A stretch of 64,000 nucleotides of DNA. Source: Promethearchaeota archaeon. GTDB lineage: Archaea > Asgardarchaeota > Lokiarchaeia > Sigyniarchaeales > SOKP01. The stretch covers positions 192,001-256,000 of the forward strand of contig JBHLOC010000001.1 in NCBI GenBank assembly GCA_048940925.1, written 5' to 3'. Positions 1 through 9,800 of this stretch are shown in pieces. A program made the translations under genes and the position numbers. Within the stretch, counting starts at the first letter, position 1. The number at the start of each line of letters is the position of its first letter. Below the pieces are notes generated by a model. The model had not been told where the DNA came from, searched no databases, and was given only the letters and a program-made list of their open reading frames with translations.

Positions 1-51
1 TTTTAATTTATTTCTGTTATTCAATCATTAAAAAAATGATCAAGTATCTAT

Positions 52-624
52 TTAATAATTATTTGTAAGCTTAAGAAGATCGGCATCTGTAATTATCCCC
101 ACAAAATTATAATTTTCGTCTTTTACTAAAACTGCAGGATAATTTTCAAGTAAATTAGAAATATCTTTAATACCCCAATCTTTATTTACCTCTGGAAAGG
201 GTAATTCTTTTATAAGAGAAACATCTCCATTTATAATTTTAGGATTATCGGTTATCACTTTTTGAATTTTTTTTGAGGTTAAACTTCCTAAATTTTGTTG
301 TTTTTCTAAGATGGGAAGCTGTGATATACCATGTATATTCATGAGATCTGCAGCATCTCTTATTGAAGAAGTAGGTTTAATAGATATGATATTTCTTATC
401 ATGATATCTTCAGCTTGTTTTTTCATTTTTTTACGTGCTTTACGTTCCCCTTCTAAATATTCATATATTAATTTAATTTTAGAATAGGGTGGATCTATAC
501 TTCCATTCTCAATCCTAGAAATTGTTGATTGTGGAATATTTAACTTTTCTCCCAATTTATTTTGTGTTATTCCCAACTTTTTCCTTAAATATCTAATTTC
601 AGTTAAATGTGGGAAATCCTTCAT
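52..624 (-). CDS. XRE-family HTH + CBS-pair transcriptional regulator
   Basis: N-terminal HTH (LRKKLGITQNKLGEKLNIPQSTISRIENG); CBS motifs (ISQLPIL, VGIITDADLL). Confidence 0.9.
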   Translation of the reverse strand: MKDFPHLTEIRYLRKKLGITQNKLGEKLNIPQSTISRIENGSIDPPYSKIKLIYEYLEGERKARKKMKKQAEDIMIRNIISIKPTSSIRDAADLMNIHGISQLPILEKQQNLGSLTSKKIQKVITDNPKIINGDVSLIKELPFPEVNKDWGIKDISNLLENYPAVLVKDENYNFVGIITDADLLKLTNNY

Positions 625-812
625 TTTCTTATGATATTTTTTTATGCATATTAAGCATATTATAATGATAAAATATTTATAAAAATTATTTATTTTTAAC
701 TAATATAAACTATGTTTAAAGTATTTTTCTTTTGATAATGGTTTTAACAAATAGTTAATTTAAAAATATAGACTAGTGAACTTTTTATTAAATTAAGAAG
801 ATGGCATAAAAC

Positions 813-2060
813 ATGTTAAAAATTGAACAATTAGATCTTAAATTCGCTGTTGAAAGTTCTAATTTTCCCGAACTTGTTGAAAGAAAAGGAATCGGTCATC
901 CAGATAGTGTATGCGATGCTGTTGCTGATGCGTGTTCTAGGGCGCTTTGTGCCTATTATTTAAAAAAATTTGATCGTGTTTATCATCATAATGTTGATAA
1001 GGCTGCACTTGTAGGAGGGGTTGCTAAACCAGAGTTTGGTGGGGGATTAATTATCCAACCACAATACTTTTTAATAGTTGGAAGGGCTATTAATCAATTA
1101 TTAACGGAATGCGCTCCTGGAGAGAATAAAATGGAATATATTCCCATTGCAACTATATGTCTTGAAACTTCACGTGAAGTCGTGGGGAAAATATTCCGAA
1201 ATCTTGATCTAAATAGGGATATACAATTTGATACTGCCATAAGACCAGGTTCTACTGATCTAACTGGTTTATTCGATGAATCTCATCACTCTGAAGAAGT
1301 TCCCCTGGCAAATGATACGAGTTTTGGAGTTGGTTACGCCCCTTATTCAGATTCGGAAAAAATAACTCTTGAAGCTGAAAAGTTGATAAATTCCGATAAA
1401 TTTAAGGATAAATGTAGAGCCTCAGGTGAAGATATTAAGGTTATGACTGAAAGAGTTGGTAATAATGTAGGAATAACAGTAGCTGCGGCAATGATTAGCA
1501 AATATATTAGTGATATTGATGAATACGTTAATTACACTAATCAGATTAAAGATGCTGTTTTAGATTTAGCATCAGATATAATTCCAGAACGGGAAGTCAC
1601 TTGTGAAGTAAATGTAGCTGATATACTCCAAAAAAACTTGATCTATTTAACTATGACCGGAACAAGTGCAGAAAGTGGAGATGATGGCGAAGTAGGCCGT
1701 GGTAATAGGTCGAATGGTTTAATTACTCCATGTCGTCCTATGAGCTTAGAAGCTGTGTGTGGCAAAAATCCAATTAATCATGTAGGGAAGATTTATAACA
1801 TTCTTAGCACAAAAATGGCAAGAGAAATTTATAAACGAGGACAAGGGGATATTGTTGAAGTATATGTCAAATTATTAAGTCAAATTGGTCATAAGATTAC
1901 GGAACCATGGGTAAATTCAATAAACCTTATTCCTGCTGAAAATGTAAATTTCTCTAGTGTTAAAAGTATCGCTAAAGAAGTGGCAGAAGAAATGTTGAGT
2001 GTTGATCATTTAATAGAATTAAGAAAACGTCTTATAGCTGGAAAGGAACAGGTTTTTTAA
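813..2060 (+). CDS. mat: Archaeal S-adenosylmethionine synthetase
   Basis: [57 protein letters not shown]. Confidence 0.97.
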   Translation: MLKIEQLDLKFAVESSNFPELVERKGIGHPDSVCDAVADACSRALCAYYLKKFDRVYHHNVDKAALVGGVAKPEFGGGLIIQPQYFLIVGRAINQLLTECAPGENKMEYIPIATICLETSREVVGKIFRNLDLNRDIQFDTAIRPGSTDLTGLFDESHHSEEVPLANDTSFGVGYAPYSDSEKITLEAEKLINSDKFKDKCRASGEDIKVMTERVGNNVGITVAAAMISKYISDIDEYVNYTNQIKDAVLDLASDIIPEREVTCEVNVADILQKNLIYLTMTGTSAESGDDGEVGRGNRSNGLITPCRPMSLEAVCGKNPINHVGKIYNILSTKMAREIYKRGQGDIVEVYVKLLSQIGHKITEPWVNSINLIPAENVNFSSVKSIAKEVAEEMLSVDHLIELRKRLIAGKEQVF

Positions 2061-2198
2061 AAGTTTATTCGGAATACACAAATTTTTATTTTTTTTTCTT
2101 TTTAATTTATTAGATTCTATTTAAAAGAAGATATTATTTATTTATATCCTTTTTAGAATCCTTATTAGTAATAAACTATATTTAAGAAGTGAAATTAA

Positions 2199-2459
2199 AT
2201 GGGTTTAGACAAATGGCTTAAATCAGAAGATCAAGCAAATAAAAAAAGTAAAAATAAACGAGCTCCTGTTCAAGCTAAAAAAAATAAAAACATTAATTAT
2301 CAAAGCGAAATTCCTGAAATCCAAACAATAAAGCTAAAAAAATATATACTTGTGTGCCCAAGAGCAAAATGTAAATATCAAAAAATAATAATGAAAAAAA
2401 AATTAACTGAAACTGATAGAACATGCCCTAAATGTAATGGGGAAATGATAATTAAATGA
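2199..2459 (+). CDS. Small basic zinc-ribbon protein with N-terminal GLDKWL motif
   Basis: CPRAKC...CPKC; Lys-rich linker. Confidence 0.65.
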   Translation: MGLDKWLKSEDQANKKSKNKRAPVQAKKNKNINYQSEIPEIQTIKLKKYILVCPRAKCKYQKIIMKKKLTETDRTCPKCNGEMIIK

Positions 2460-2506
2460 AAAAACTGTTACATTAAAAAAGTTTATTGGTTATACTCCTA
2501 TATTCC

Positions 2507-2719
2507 TCAAGTGCCTAAATCAAATTGTTTTTCACAATTGGGGCAAACCCAAGGTTGAAATAATCTTAAAATAAAGTATATTATAAAACCAAATCCAAGA
2601 GTTAGAAGTACCATGAAGCAAAGCACCTCATGGTAAATATGATCGAAGTTTTTGCGATGTAATACAATTTCTCGTTCGCAGACATCACAATATACTAATT
2701 TTTTTGATTTTTTGATCAT
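2507..2719 (-). CDS. LITAF-like zinc-ribbon membrane protein
   Basis: CDVC, then a ~22-residue hydrophobic segment, then WVCPNC. Confidence 0.6.
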   Translation of the reverse strand: MIKKSKKLVYCDVCEREIVLHRKNFDHIYHEVLCFMVLLTLGFGFIIYFILRLFQPWVCPNCEKQFDLGT

Positions 2720-2805
2720 ATATCACTTCTTTTAGAGATTAATTAACATATGGTAATTAATTGTATTAAATAAAAATTATTTGGTGAGAATTCTTGAAAA
2801 AAAAA

Positions 2806-2964
2806 TTATTTAAATCCCCTAAAAATAGGTTTTTTTTCTGATTCTTTCTTTTTTTTTTCTCCAGAGGTTAAAATATCCCATGTGCTAGTTACACCCATTT
2901 CTTCTAATTTCTTACGTTCAAGCTCTAAATTTTCCTCTTCTTCCTCATTTTCTTCTTCACTCAT
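2806..2964 (-). CDS. Unannotated 52-aa charged protein (MSEEENEEEEENLELERKKLEEMGVTSTWDILTSGEKKKKESEKKPIFRGFK)
   Basis: Manually translated; ATG at 2964, TAA at 2806; purine-rich coding-like composition in an otherwise empty gap; below the ORF-track length cut-off. Confidence 0.6.
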   Translation of the reverse strand: MSEEENEEEEENLELERKKLEEMGVTSTWDILTSGEKKKKESEKKPIFRGFK

Positions 2965-3184
2965 AACAACCACATAAAATATCCTTAATTATACTAAATT
3001 ATTAGTCTTCTTATTAAAATAATTTTCTTAAAATTTTATCAATTAATTTTTAAGAAGGTTGAAATTATTAATTTAAAAAAAGTCAAGAATAACATACTCA
3101 ATAAAATTTTATATCTTTATTTTTATAATTAATTAAAAAACTCTTATTAATAAGTAATTTAAAATTAATCATAGGGTAATTAGA

Positions 3185-4177
3185 ATGGTAAAATGTGCTC
3201 ATTGTGGAGATGATATTATTGGAGAACCATTTTATTGCAGTGATTGTGGACAAAATTATTGTTCATTTCATAAAGAACCTATAAATCATGAGTGTAAATT
3301 TGTAAAGTCAAGATTTAGGACTCAAGAAATGCAATCAACTGTACCTTCTTATATAAACGTTTCACAGATTCCCTATAATTCACAAGAACGAGGAGCTCAA
3401 CAACAACCGTCGACCAGTAATATAAGAGGAACAACTGATGGGACTTACACATGGTATCGTCAGGAAGCTCAAGTCCCTGAAAATGCGTTTGATCCTGATT
3501 CAGGTATCAAATTTAAGGGAATTTTATTCCCTCATACTTCAGAATTTTTGCATTTTATAATTGGGGTTTCTCTGATTTTTACTATAGGCTTTTTAAATTT
3601 TTATCCTAATCTCATTAATACTGGCTATGAGTGGGGAATATTCATGTTAGCAGGTTTTTACGCTACAGCGTTTCTTTTTCATGAATTTGGGCATAGACAG
3701 GTAGCAATTCATTTTGACCTTCAAACTAAATTTCGATTATTAACTTTTGGGATGATTTTAACTGTTTTTGGTATTATAACTGGTTTATATGGTTTAGTGG
3801 TTGGTGGTGCCGCATTACCTACATTAGCTCTTCCCGGTGCTGTTGTAGTTTTAGGGTTAGATAAGGTAGATAGAACAACCGGTTTATGTAAAGCAGCAGG
3901 ACCTACTATCAATCTAGTTTATGGTACTATACTTCTGATAGCATCATTTTTGATTCCAACTCAATTATATCCGCTGAATATGTTTGTTGGGTATGCTGCG
4001 AATTTGAATTATATACTGGGAGCATTCAATATGATTCCATTAGGAATCCTAGACGGTCAAAATATTTGGAAATGGAATAAAAAAGTCTATCTCCTATTGA
4101 TTGGATTACTTTTAATCTTACTGATTGTTACATTTATTTTTATTTACGCTCCAATTGAAAGTAATCCCTATTTGTAA
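3185..4177 (+). CDS. AN1-type zinc finger fused to M50 (site-2) intramembrane metalloprotease
   Basis: CAHC..CSDCGQNYCSFHKEPINHEC (AN1); HEFGH; AAGP; NMIPLGILDG. Confidence 0.9.
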   Translation: MVKCAHCGDDIIGEPFYCSDCGQNYCSFHKEPINHECKFVKSRFRTQEMQSTVPSYINVSQIPYNSQERGAQQQPSTSNIRGTTDGTYTWYRQEAQVPENAFDPDSGIKFKGILFPHTSEFLHFIIGVSLIFTIGFLNFYPNLINTGYEWGIFMLAGFYATAFLFHEFGHRQVAIHFDLQTKFRLLTFGMILTVFGIITGLYGLVVGGAALPTLALPGAVVVLGLDKVDRTTGLCKAAGPTINLVYGTILLIASFLIPTQLYPLNMFVGYAANLNYILGAFNMIPLGILDGQNIWKWNKKVYLLLIGLLLILLIVTFIFIYAPIESNPYL

Positions 4178-4360
4178 ATATGAATTTACATAGTCAATTA
4201 ATTTTTATATATGTTTCTTAGAAAAGAAATCTTACAAGTAGAAGAAAAATAGTGGTAAAAATTATGAAGGATAATAATTTAAAATTATTATATTCTTAAA
4301 TTTTATATAAATTTAATAACAAACTGTTCAACTAATAAAAGCATTATTTGGTGATTTAAA

Positions 4361-5311
4361 GTAACTTATTGTGAATTCTGTGGTGAATTAATCGGTTATC
4401 TTCCGTTCACATGTAAATATTGTGGGGGGACTTTTTGTAAAAAACACAGATTACCTGAGAATCATGATTGTTCTTTTGAATTGAAACATGTCCCAATCTC
4501 AACACCGGGTTCAAAAGAAACTCGTCGACGTTATCAAGATGCAGTTATAGAAAAACCAATTCCTAGAGGATATTTAGAAAAAGGTCCAAAATCATTAAAA
4601 AAGTATTTAAAAAGACAAAATAGACAAAGAAGAGAAGCAACGCGAAGTTATCAAGCTTATAAAAGACCTTATAAAAAAAAGATACAATACCGAGGTACTA
4701 AAACCTTATTTTTGATGATTTCATTATTCTCAATTGTTGCTTTGTTTTTTGCTTCTACCCCATTAGATAATTATATTTATTTAAGTCTTAATGGTCTTAT
4801 TTATGAATATACATTCCATACTCTATTTACAGCACTTTTCATTAGTGCTAAAGATATTTTTGGGATATTCATTTTGTTTATCATGTTGTATATTTTATAT
4901 TTTATGACAAGAACTATCGAATTAAGCCTTGGTACAAAATTTTTAATAAAGTTATACTTAATATCTTGTTTATTTACAGCACTATTTTATTTCTTGTTAA
5001 GAATCTCATTAGTTTCTCTTTATCCGTTAGAAATTTACTCAATTTCAGTAGGATTGGCTTGGGGTGGAATACTTGGTTTGATATCTTATTCTCTCTTTCC
5101 AATAATGAACAAGGAAATTACTGCTTTAATGTATTTTCTTCCAATTAGAATGAAAGGAAGATCTTTTTTGCTAATCATTATATTGTTTAGATTTTTAGGA
5201 TTAATCTTTGTATTTTATTATGGATTATATTATATCCTATATTCTTTGCCAGATTTAGGAGGGATTCTTGGAGCCTATATAATATATAAATACCAATTTA
5301 AACGTCGATGA
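4361..5311 (+). CDS. AN1-type zinc finger fused to rhomboid-like membrane domain, catalytic residues lost (true start upstream of the track's 4481)
   Basis: Frame is open from 4355 and encodes [37 protein letters not shown]; rhomboid-like TM pattern with GASG replaced by GLAWGG and AHLGG replaced by PDLGG; GGTGA SD-like site at 4350-4354. Confidence 0.75.
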   Translation, partial: VTYCEFCGELIGYLPFTCKYCGGTFCKKHRLPENHDCSFELKHVPISTPGSKETRRRYQDAVIEKPIPRGYLEKGPKSLKKYLKRQNRQRREATRSYQAYKRPYKKKIQYRGTKTLFLMISLFSIVALFFASTPLDNYIYLSLNGLIYEYTFHTLFTALFISAKDIFGIFILFIMLYILYFMTRTIELSLGTKFLIKLYLISCLFTALFYFLLRISLVSLYPLEIYSISVGLAWGGILGLISYSLFPIMNKEITALMYFLPIRMKGRSFLLIIILFRFLGLIFVFYYGLYYILYSLPDLGGILGAYIIYKYQFKRR

Positions 5312-5411
5312 TACTCTTTTTGATTTATATTAAAATTAATAATAAATATCAAGGATTATAACTTTATTTTCATATCTCTTTAGATTTTAAGAAATAAATT
5401 TAAATTTTAAG

Positions 5412-6068
5412 ATGCCTGAAAAAGAAATTTCAAATATTATAGAGTTAAATGAGGATTTAATTGAAAATAACGAGAGATTGGCAATTCAAAATAGAAATTT
5501 ATTTAAGAAAAAAAATATAAAATCTATAGATTTTGTAGGAGCAATAGGGGCGGGAAAAACTGCAGTTATAGAGAGTATTGTAAAAAGAATTTTAAAAGAT
5601 TATAGGATTCTTGTAATAAATGGTGATGTAACTTCTAGAATAGATGCTGACCGTATTGAAAAACATGGTGTAAAAACAATTCAAGTTAATACTGGTCGTG
5701 AGTGTGCCTTAAATTCATATCATATCTCTCAGGTTATAAAAAATTATGATTTAAATGAAATTGATTTATTACTCATAGAAAATGTTGGAAATTTAATCTG
5801 TCCATCTGATTTCATTTTAGGTGCTGAGAAAAGAGTAGTCATAGTGTCAATAACTGAAGGTCCTTGGGTTATACGCAAACATCCAATGTTATTTAAAATG
5901 TCCCACATAGCTGTGATAAATAAAATTGATTTACAAGATGTTATGGATGTAAATATTGACGATATGATAAAAGATGCTAAATGCATCAATCCAGATCTTA
6001 AAATTTTTACTACAAGCGTTTTGACAGGAGAGAACATCTCGGAGCTTATAAAAGAGATTTTGAATTAA
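5412..6068 (+). CDS. hypB: Hydrogenase nickel incorporation GTPase HypB
   Basis: GAIGAGKT, NTGREC, IENVGNLICP, NKIDL. Confidence 0.93.
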   Translation: MPEKEISNIIELNEDLIENNERLAIQNRNLFKKKNIKSIDFVGAIGAGKTAVIESIVKRILKDYRILVINGDVTSRIDADRIEKHGVKTIQVNTGRECALNSYHISQVIKNYDLNEIDLLLIENVGNLICPSDFILGAEKRVVIVSITEGPWVIRKHPMLFKMSHIAVINKIDLQDVMDVNIDDMIKDAKCINPDLKIFTTSVLTGENISELIKEILN

Positions 6069-6130
6069 TAGACTTAAGATTAAAAAAAATAAGATAAATA
6101 TAATATATAATATAAAATTGCTGATCTATC

Positions 6131-6550
6131 ATGTCACTTAGACAGTATAATACAGAATTAGGAACTTTAATCGATAAAATCGTTAAAGTGTATGTTGATA
6201 AAGATAAATTTTTTGTTGGACAGTTAAAAGGAATTTCAGAAGATTCAAATCTTATTCTAATTAATGCTAAAAACGAAAAAAATAAATCATTTCCCAAATT
6301 GTTTATCAGAAATAATTATTACAATTTTGTGAGTTTAGAAGAGGAGCCTTTTCCTATGCAGGCTCTTTCCGATAGAATAGCAAGCATATTTTCGAAAGGA
6401 CATGTAGATTATATTGAAGACCAGAACATTATATCAATATTAAGTGGTAAAATTATTGTAGATGAAAAAGGAGTAAGAGGAGAAGGACCTTCAGCTGACA
6501 GAGTTAGAAAAATTTATGAACAGTTTAAAATGGATTTAGAAATAGATTAA
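6131..6550 (+). CDS. Sm/Lsm RNA-binding protein with C-terminal extension (SmAP3-like)
   Basis: Sm1/Sm2 motifs (FVGQLKGISEDSNLILINA, LFIRNN) plus ~70-aa C-terminal domain (IIVDEKGVRGEGPSADRV). Confidence 0.8.
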   Translation: MSLRQYNTELGTLIDKIVKVYVDKDKFFVGQLKGISEDSNLILINAKNEKNKSFPKLFIRNNYYNFVSLEEEPFPMQALSDRIASIFSKGHVDYIEDQNIISILSGKIIVDEKGVRGEGPSADRVRKIYEQFKMDLEID

Positions 6551-6582
6551 ATTTTTTTCGTTTTTATAATATTTTAATTATC

Positions 6583-7089
6583 TTATTCTTTAAATATAGA
6601 GATCAAATTTTTCAGCTTTATTTCTTTAATAATATTCTTCATAGTAGCTTTGCCTAGGGGTGCTACTTTTATTATTCCTAAATCTTCAAATTTTCTTAGA
6701 TAATCATTGTCAAGTAAGAATTGTATATCAGTATCCCAAACATTGGCAAAGATTTCTTTTAAATCTTCAATTTTCATATTATCATCAAGTTCTTTACTGA
6801 AAGCAACTATCAAGGCTAAAACACCATATTGAGATGGTGTAACATCATCATCTTTACCCTCGGAAGTTAAAATATAAAAAGTTTGTTCGAGAAATTTAGT
6901 TTTAATTAGTTCAAACCCAATACTTTTCAAATTCACATAGACTTCACTCATTACTTGTTCAAAATTCAATTCTTTACTTAAATTCTTAAGATCTTCTTCT
7001 CTTATAATCTTTTGAGGATTAGTTAAAATCATTTTGGTAATAGTTTTTATAATTTCTTTATTTTCTTTTAACGCCATTATTAGTATCAT
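6583..7089 (-). CDS. KITE-like tandem winged-helix protein (Nse1/Nse3-MAGE/ScpB-like); probable start 7074
   Basis: IIREEDL..FEQVMSEVYVNLKSIGFELI..FYILTS..QYGVLALIV..FLLDNDYL..GIIKVAPLG follows the MAGE/Nse WH-WH pattern; adjacent to an SMC-like gene. Confidence 0.55.
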   Translation of the reverse strand: MILIMALKENKEIIKTITKMILTNPQKIIREEDLKNLSKELNFEQVMSEVYVNLKSIGFELIKTKFLEQTFYILTSEGKDDDVTPSQYGVLALIVAFSKELDDNMKIEDLKEIFANVWDTDIQFLLDNDYLRKFEDLGIIKVAPLGKATMKNIIKEIKLKNLISIFKE

Positions 7090-8726
7090 CCATTTTCTTG
7101 AATCTTTATTATTTTTAAGTATTTTATTTCTTTTTTCATTTCTAGATTTGAAAGAATAAATATTAAATTAACAGTAGAAAGATTTTCATCCTTTTCAAAG
7201 AGAGGTAAGATTTTTCTGATTGTCCTAAAAATCGATCCTGCTTTATTGTAAATACTTGGGATAAATAAATTTGAAAAGATAATATTGTTATTTTTAACTT
7301 GGAGTTCTATTGAAATATAATATGTAATAATAAAAAATATCTTCTCAGGTGTAGTTAATTCATTAAAAGTAATTTTCTCCCGATTATTTCGAACAAATCC
7401 GATTTTTATTAAATAGGTCTTATTATCATTGCTTAAGTGAATTCTAAAATTTGATTTTAAATTAATTTCTTGTAAGAATTTGTTAATTAATGATTCAAGT
7501 TCCTCAATCTTAGATTCTAATCTTTGATAACATTCACATATTTCTGTAATCTGCTCTAAATTTTTTTCTATTTTAATTTCACTCTTATGAATTTTCAAGT
7601 TATTAATAATATCATCTAATTTTTTCTTTATTCTTGATAAATCTTCTGGATTATGAATATCATATAGGTCTTCTGGAATTAGAATTGTTTTCAATTCATC
7701 ATTAGTTTTTTTAATGTCATCTTCGATGTTATGTTTCGATCTTATTGATTTTAAATCAATTCCATCAAAATCTTCATGAAAACTATTCTTATTTGCCAGA
7801 ATATTTTCTTTAAGTTCAAGTTGTAATTTTTCAACTCTCTCTTCATCTGTTTTAATAATACTGTTGAGCTTTTCATAATCTCGTTTATATACTTCATAAA
7901 GAGGGTTAAATTCGTTGTATTTTAATTTAGTTTCGCCTATTTTTTGATTAACATTATTAATTTCACTTTGTATCTCTTTAGCTTTCTTCTGAAAAACCCT
8001 TATTTTTTGAGCATTCGTTAGATTTTCATCAATTTCAGGAATTATATTAGATTCTTCTTGCTCTTTTATAGGAGTTCCAGACATTTCACGTGTTATTCTA
8101 TTAATTTGACTGAAAAATTCTTTTTTTTGATTTGTTAAATCTTTAACTTTTAACTCGTACTTTTTGATATTGTTATTAATCTGGTCAATTTGATTCTTTC
8201 GTTGAAGATAATCTTCTTCAAGATATTTCAAGTTCTTTTTATTCTCATTTATAGAATCATTTAACTTATATAGTAAATCAGAAATTGCAGTTATATCACT
8301 TACTTTTCTATACTCTTCCGTAATTTCTAATTCTTTTAAAAAATTTTCCTTTTTTTTTAAAAGAAAGTTAAATCTGAGAAGCAATATAATTGACTCTATA
8401 ATTTTACTGTACTGTGAGATCATTGCAATGTTTTTTTCCATAAGATCATGAAATTCATTGATAAGGCTTATCAATGTTAAGCCTTTTTCAAATAGTTCAG
8501 AATCTTCTAATCGCTCTACATAGATCTTAGTTAATTTTTTTAATGGGATTAAATCAATGTCCTCAAGGATTTCGGAGAAGACTTCATTTTTGAGATAATC
8601 TACCATGTTCTTTTTAAATCTTCCTTTTATTACTGTATATCTATCTTGAATTGAAATTTCCGTAGAACCAATGGAAAATTTAAAATAATCTTCTGTAATC
8701 TTAAAACCCTTTAATTGATAATTTAG
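7086..8726 (-). CDS. Short SMC-like coiled-coil protein with degenerate ABC-ATPase head halves (frame extends past the track start 8606)
   Basis: In-frame upstream extension LKGFKI..TEISIQDRYTVIKGRFKKNMVDYL resembles an SMC N-head lacking GxxGxGKS; long heptads; C-terminal FNELTTPEKIFFII resembles a degenerate LSGGE signature. Confidence 0.55.
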   Translation of the reverse strand, partial: LNYQLKGFKITEDYFKFSIGSTEISIQDRYTVIKGRFKKNMVDYLKNEVFSEILEDIDLIPLKKLTKIYVERLEDSELFEKGLTLISLINEFHDLMEKNIAMISQYSKIIESIILLLRFNFLLKKKENFLKELEITEEYRKVSDITAISDLLYKLNDSINENKKNLKYLEEDYLQRKNQIDQINNNIKKYELKVKDLTNQKKEFFSQINRITREMSGTPIKEQEESNIIPEIDENLTNAQKIRVFQKKAKEIQSEINNVNQKIGETKLKYNEFNPLYEVYKRDYEKLNSIIKTDEERVEKLQLELKENILANKNSFHEDFDGIDLKSIRSKHNIEDDIKKTNDELKTILIPEDLYDIHNPEDLSRIKKKLDDIINNLKIHKSEIKIEKNLEQITEICECYQRLESKIEELESLINKFLQEINLKSNFRIHLSNDNKTYLIKIGFVRNNREKITFNELTTPEKIFFIITYYISIELQVKNNNIIFSNLFIPSIYNKAGSIFRTIRKILPLFEKDENLSTVNLIFILSNLEMKKEIKYLKIIKIQENG

Positions 8727-9763
8727 TCGTTCTCGAAATGATTTTTGTATTTCTTATACTCTTTTTCTTTTTTGATTTTTCTTTCCCTAATTAAATCGAG
8801 AGGATCTTGTTCATCATCTTTTTGAATTAAATACTTCTCTGCAAAACTTTTGTCTAATTTTGATTTAAATTTCTCTATTTTTTCTGATACTTCATCACTA
8901 ATTTCTATTTTTTTAGTTTTTTTATTTGTAGTTCTTATATTGCTCAATTTCTCTCGAGATTTTTTACGAATTTTTCTCTCAAAATCTTTATCAGATAATT
9001 TTAAATAATCCTTGTAAGCTTCTTTTTGCTCTTCTTGTTTCTTTTTCAATTTTTCTAGTTCTTCTCTTTCTTTTGCTTTTGCTATAAATTCTTTTTTCGT
9101 CTCCAGTTCTTTTTGGGTTAATTTGCTCTTGATATCTTTAAGAAATTCTGGAAACGTGATATTCGGATCATCGAGAAAGGCTACTTCAAAATCTTTTATT
9201 AAAGAGGGATCAGTATCTTTAGGTATTTTACTCAATTCTAATTTGAGTTTATCTTGGATTAAATTTTCATAGTACAAATCAATTTTTTTTATAGTACTTA
9301 AAAATAGTGAGTTTTGTTTTAATGAATCTAAAATTTCTATCCATTGAGTAACTTCTATTGATGGGACAAATGATATCTCATGTATAGCTTTATTAATTTT
9401 TCTTTTTTCAATCAAATATAATCCAATTTCTCTTAGAACTCTTTGATTTAATTTGAGTCTTTTTAATCGCTCTTGGTTTTTTTCTTTAAATTTTTTGATC
9501 AAACTCTCCTGAAGATATAAAAAACTGTTTATATTATCCTTTGATATATATTCTAAGTTCTTTTTTAGATCATTTATCAAATTTATTATATCTTCAATTT
9601 GAGAAAGGAAAACTTTATTCGTAAAATCATGAATTACTGACTGCTTAAAAGTATTAATATTGATATAATCTTCATTTAATTGATAGAATTTTGCTTGAAG
9701 CACATCTATCGAGGATGTTAAATCCTTAATTTTCTCAAGGTTGAACGATTGGTTTCCTATCAT
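8723..9763 (-). CDS. Helical/coiled-coil hypothetical protein
   Basis: 346-aa ORF, heptad and charged helices, operonic spacing. Confidence 0.7.
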   Translation of the reverse strand: MIGNQSFNLEKIKDLTSSIDVLQAKFYQLNEDYININTFKQSVIHDFTNKVFLSQIEDIINLINDLKKNLEYISKDNINSFLYLQESLIKKFKEKNQERLKRLKLNQRVLREIGLYLIEKRKINKAIHEISFVPSIEVTQWIEILDSLKQNSLFLSTIKKIDLYYENLIQDKLKLELSKIPKDTDPSLIKDFEVAFLDDPNITFPEFLKDIKSKLTQKELETKKEFIAKAKEREELEKLKKKQEEQKEAYKDYLKLSDKDFERKIRKKSREKLSNIRTTNKKTKKIEISDEVSEKIEKFKSKLDKSFAEKYLIQKDDEQDPLDLIRERKIKKEKEYKKYKNHFEND

Positions 9764-9800
9764 ATTTGATTAAAAATGATATATTTAGATTTTCCTTCTA

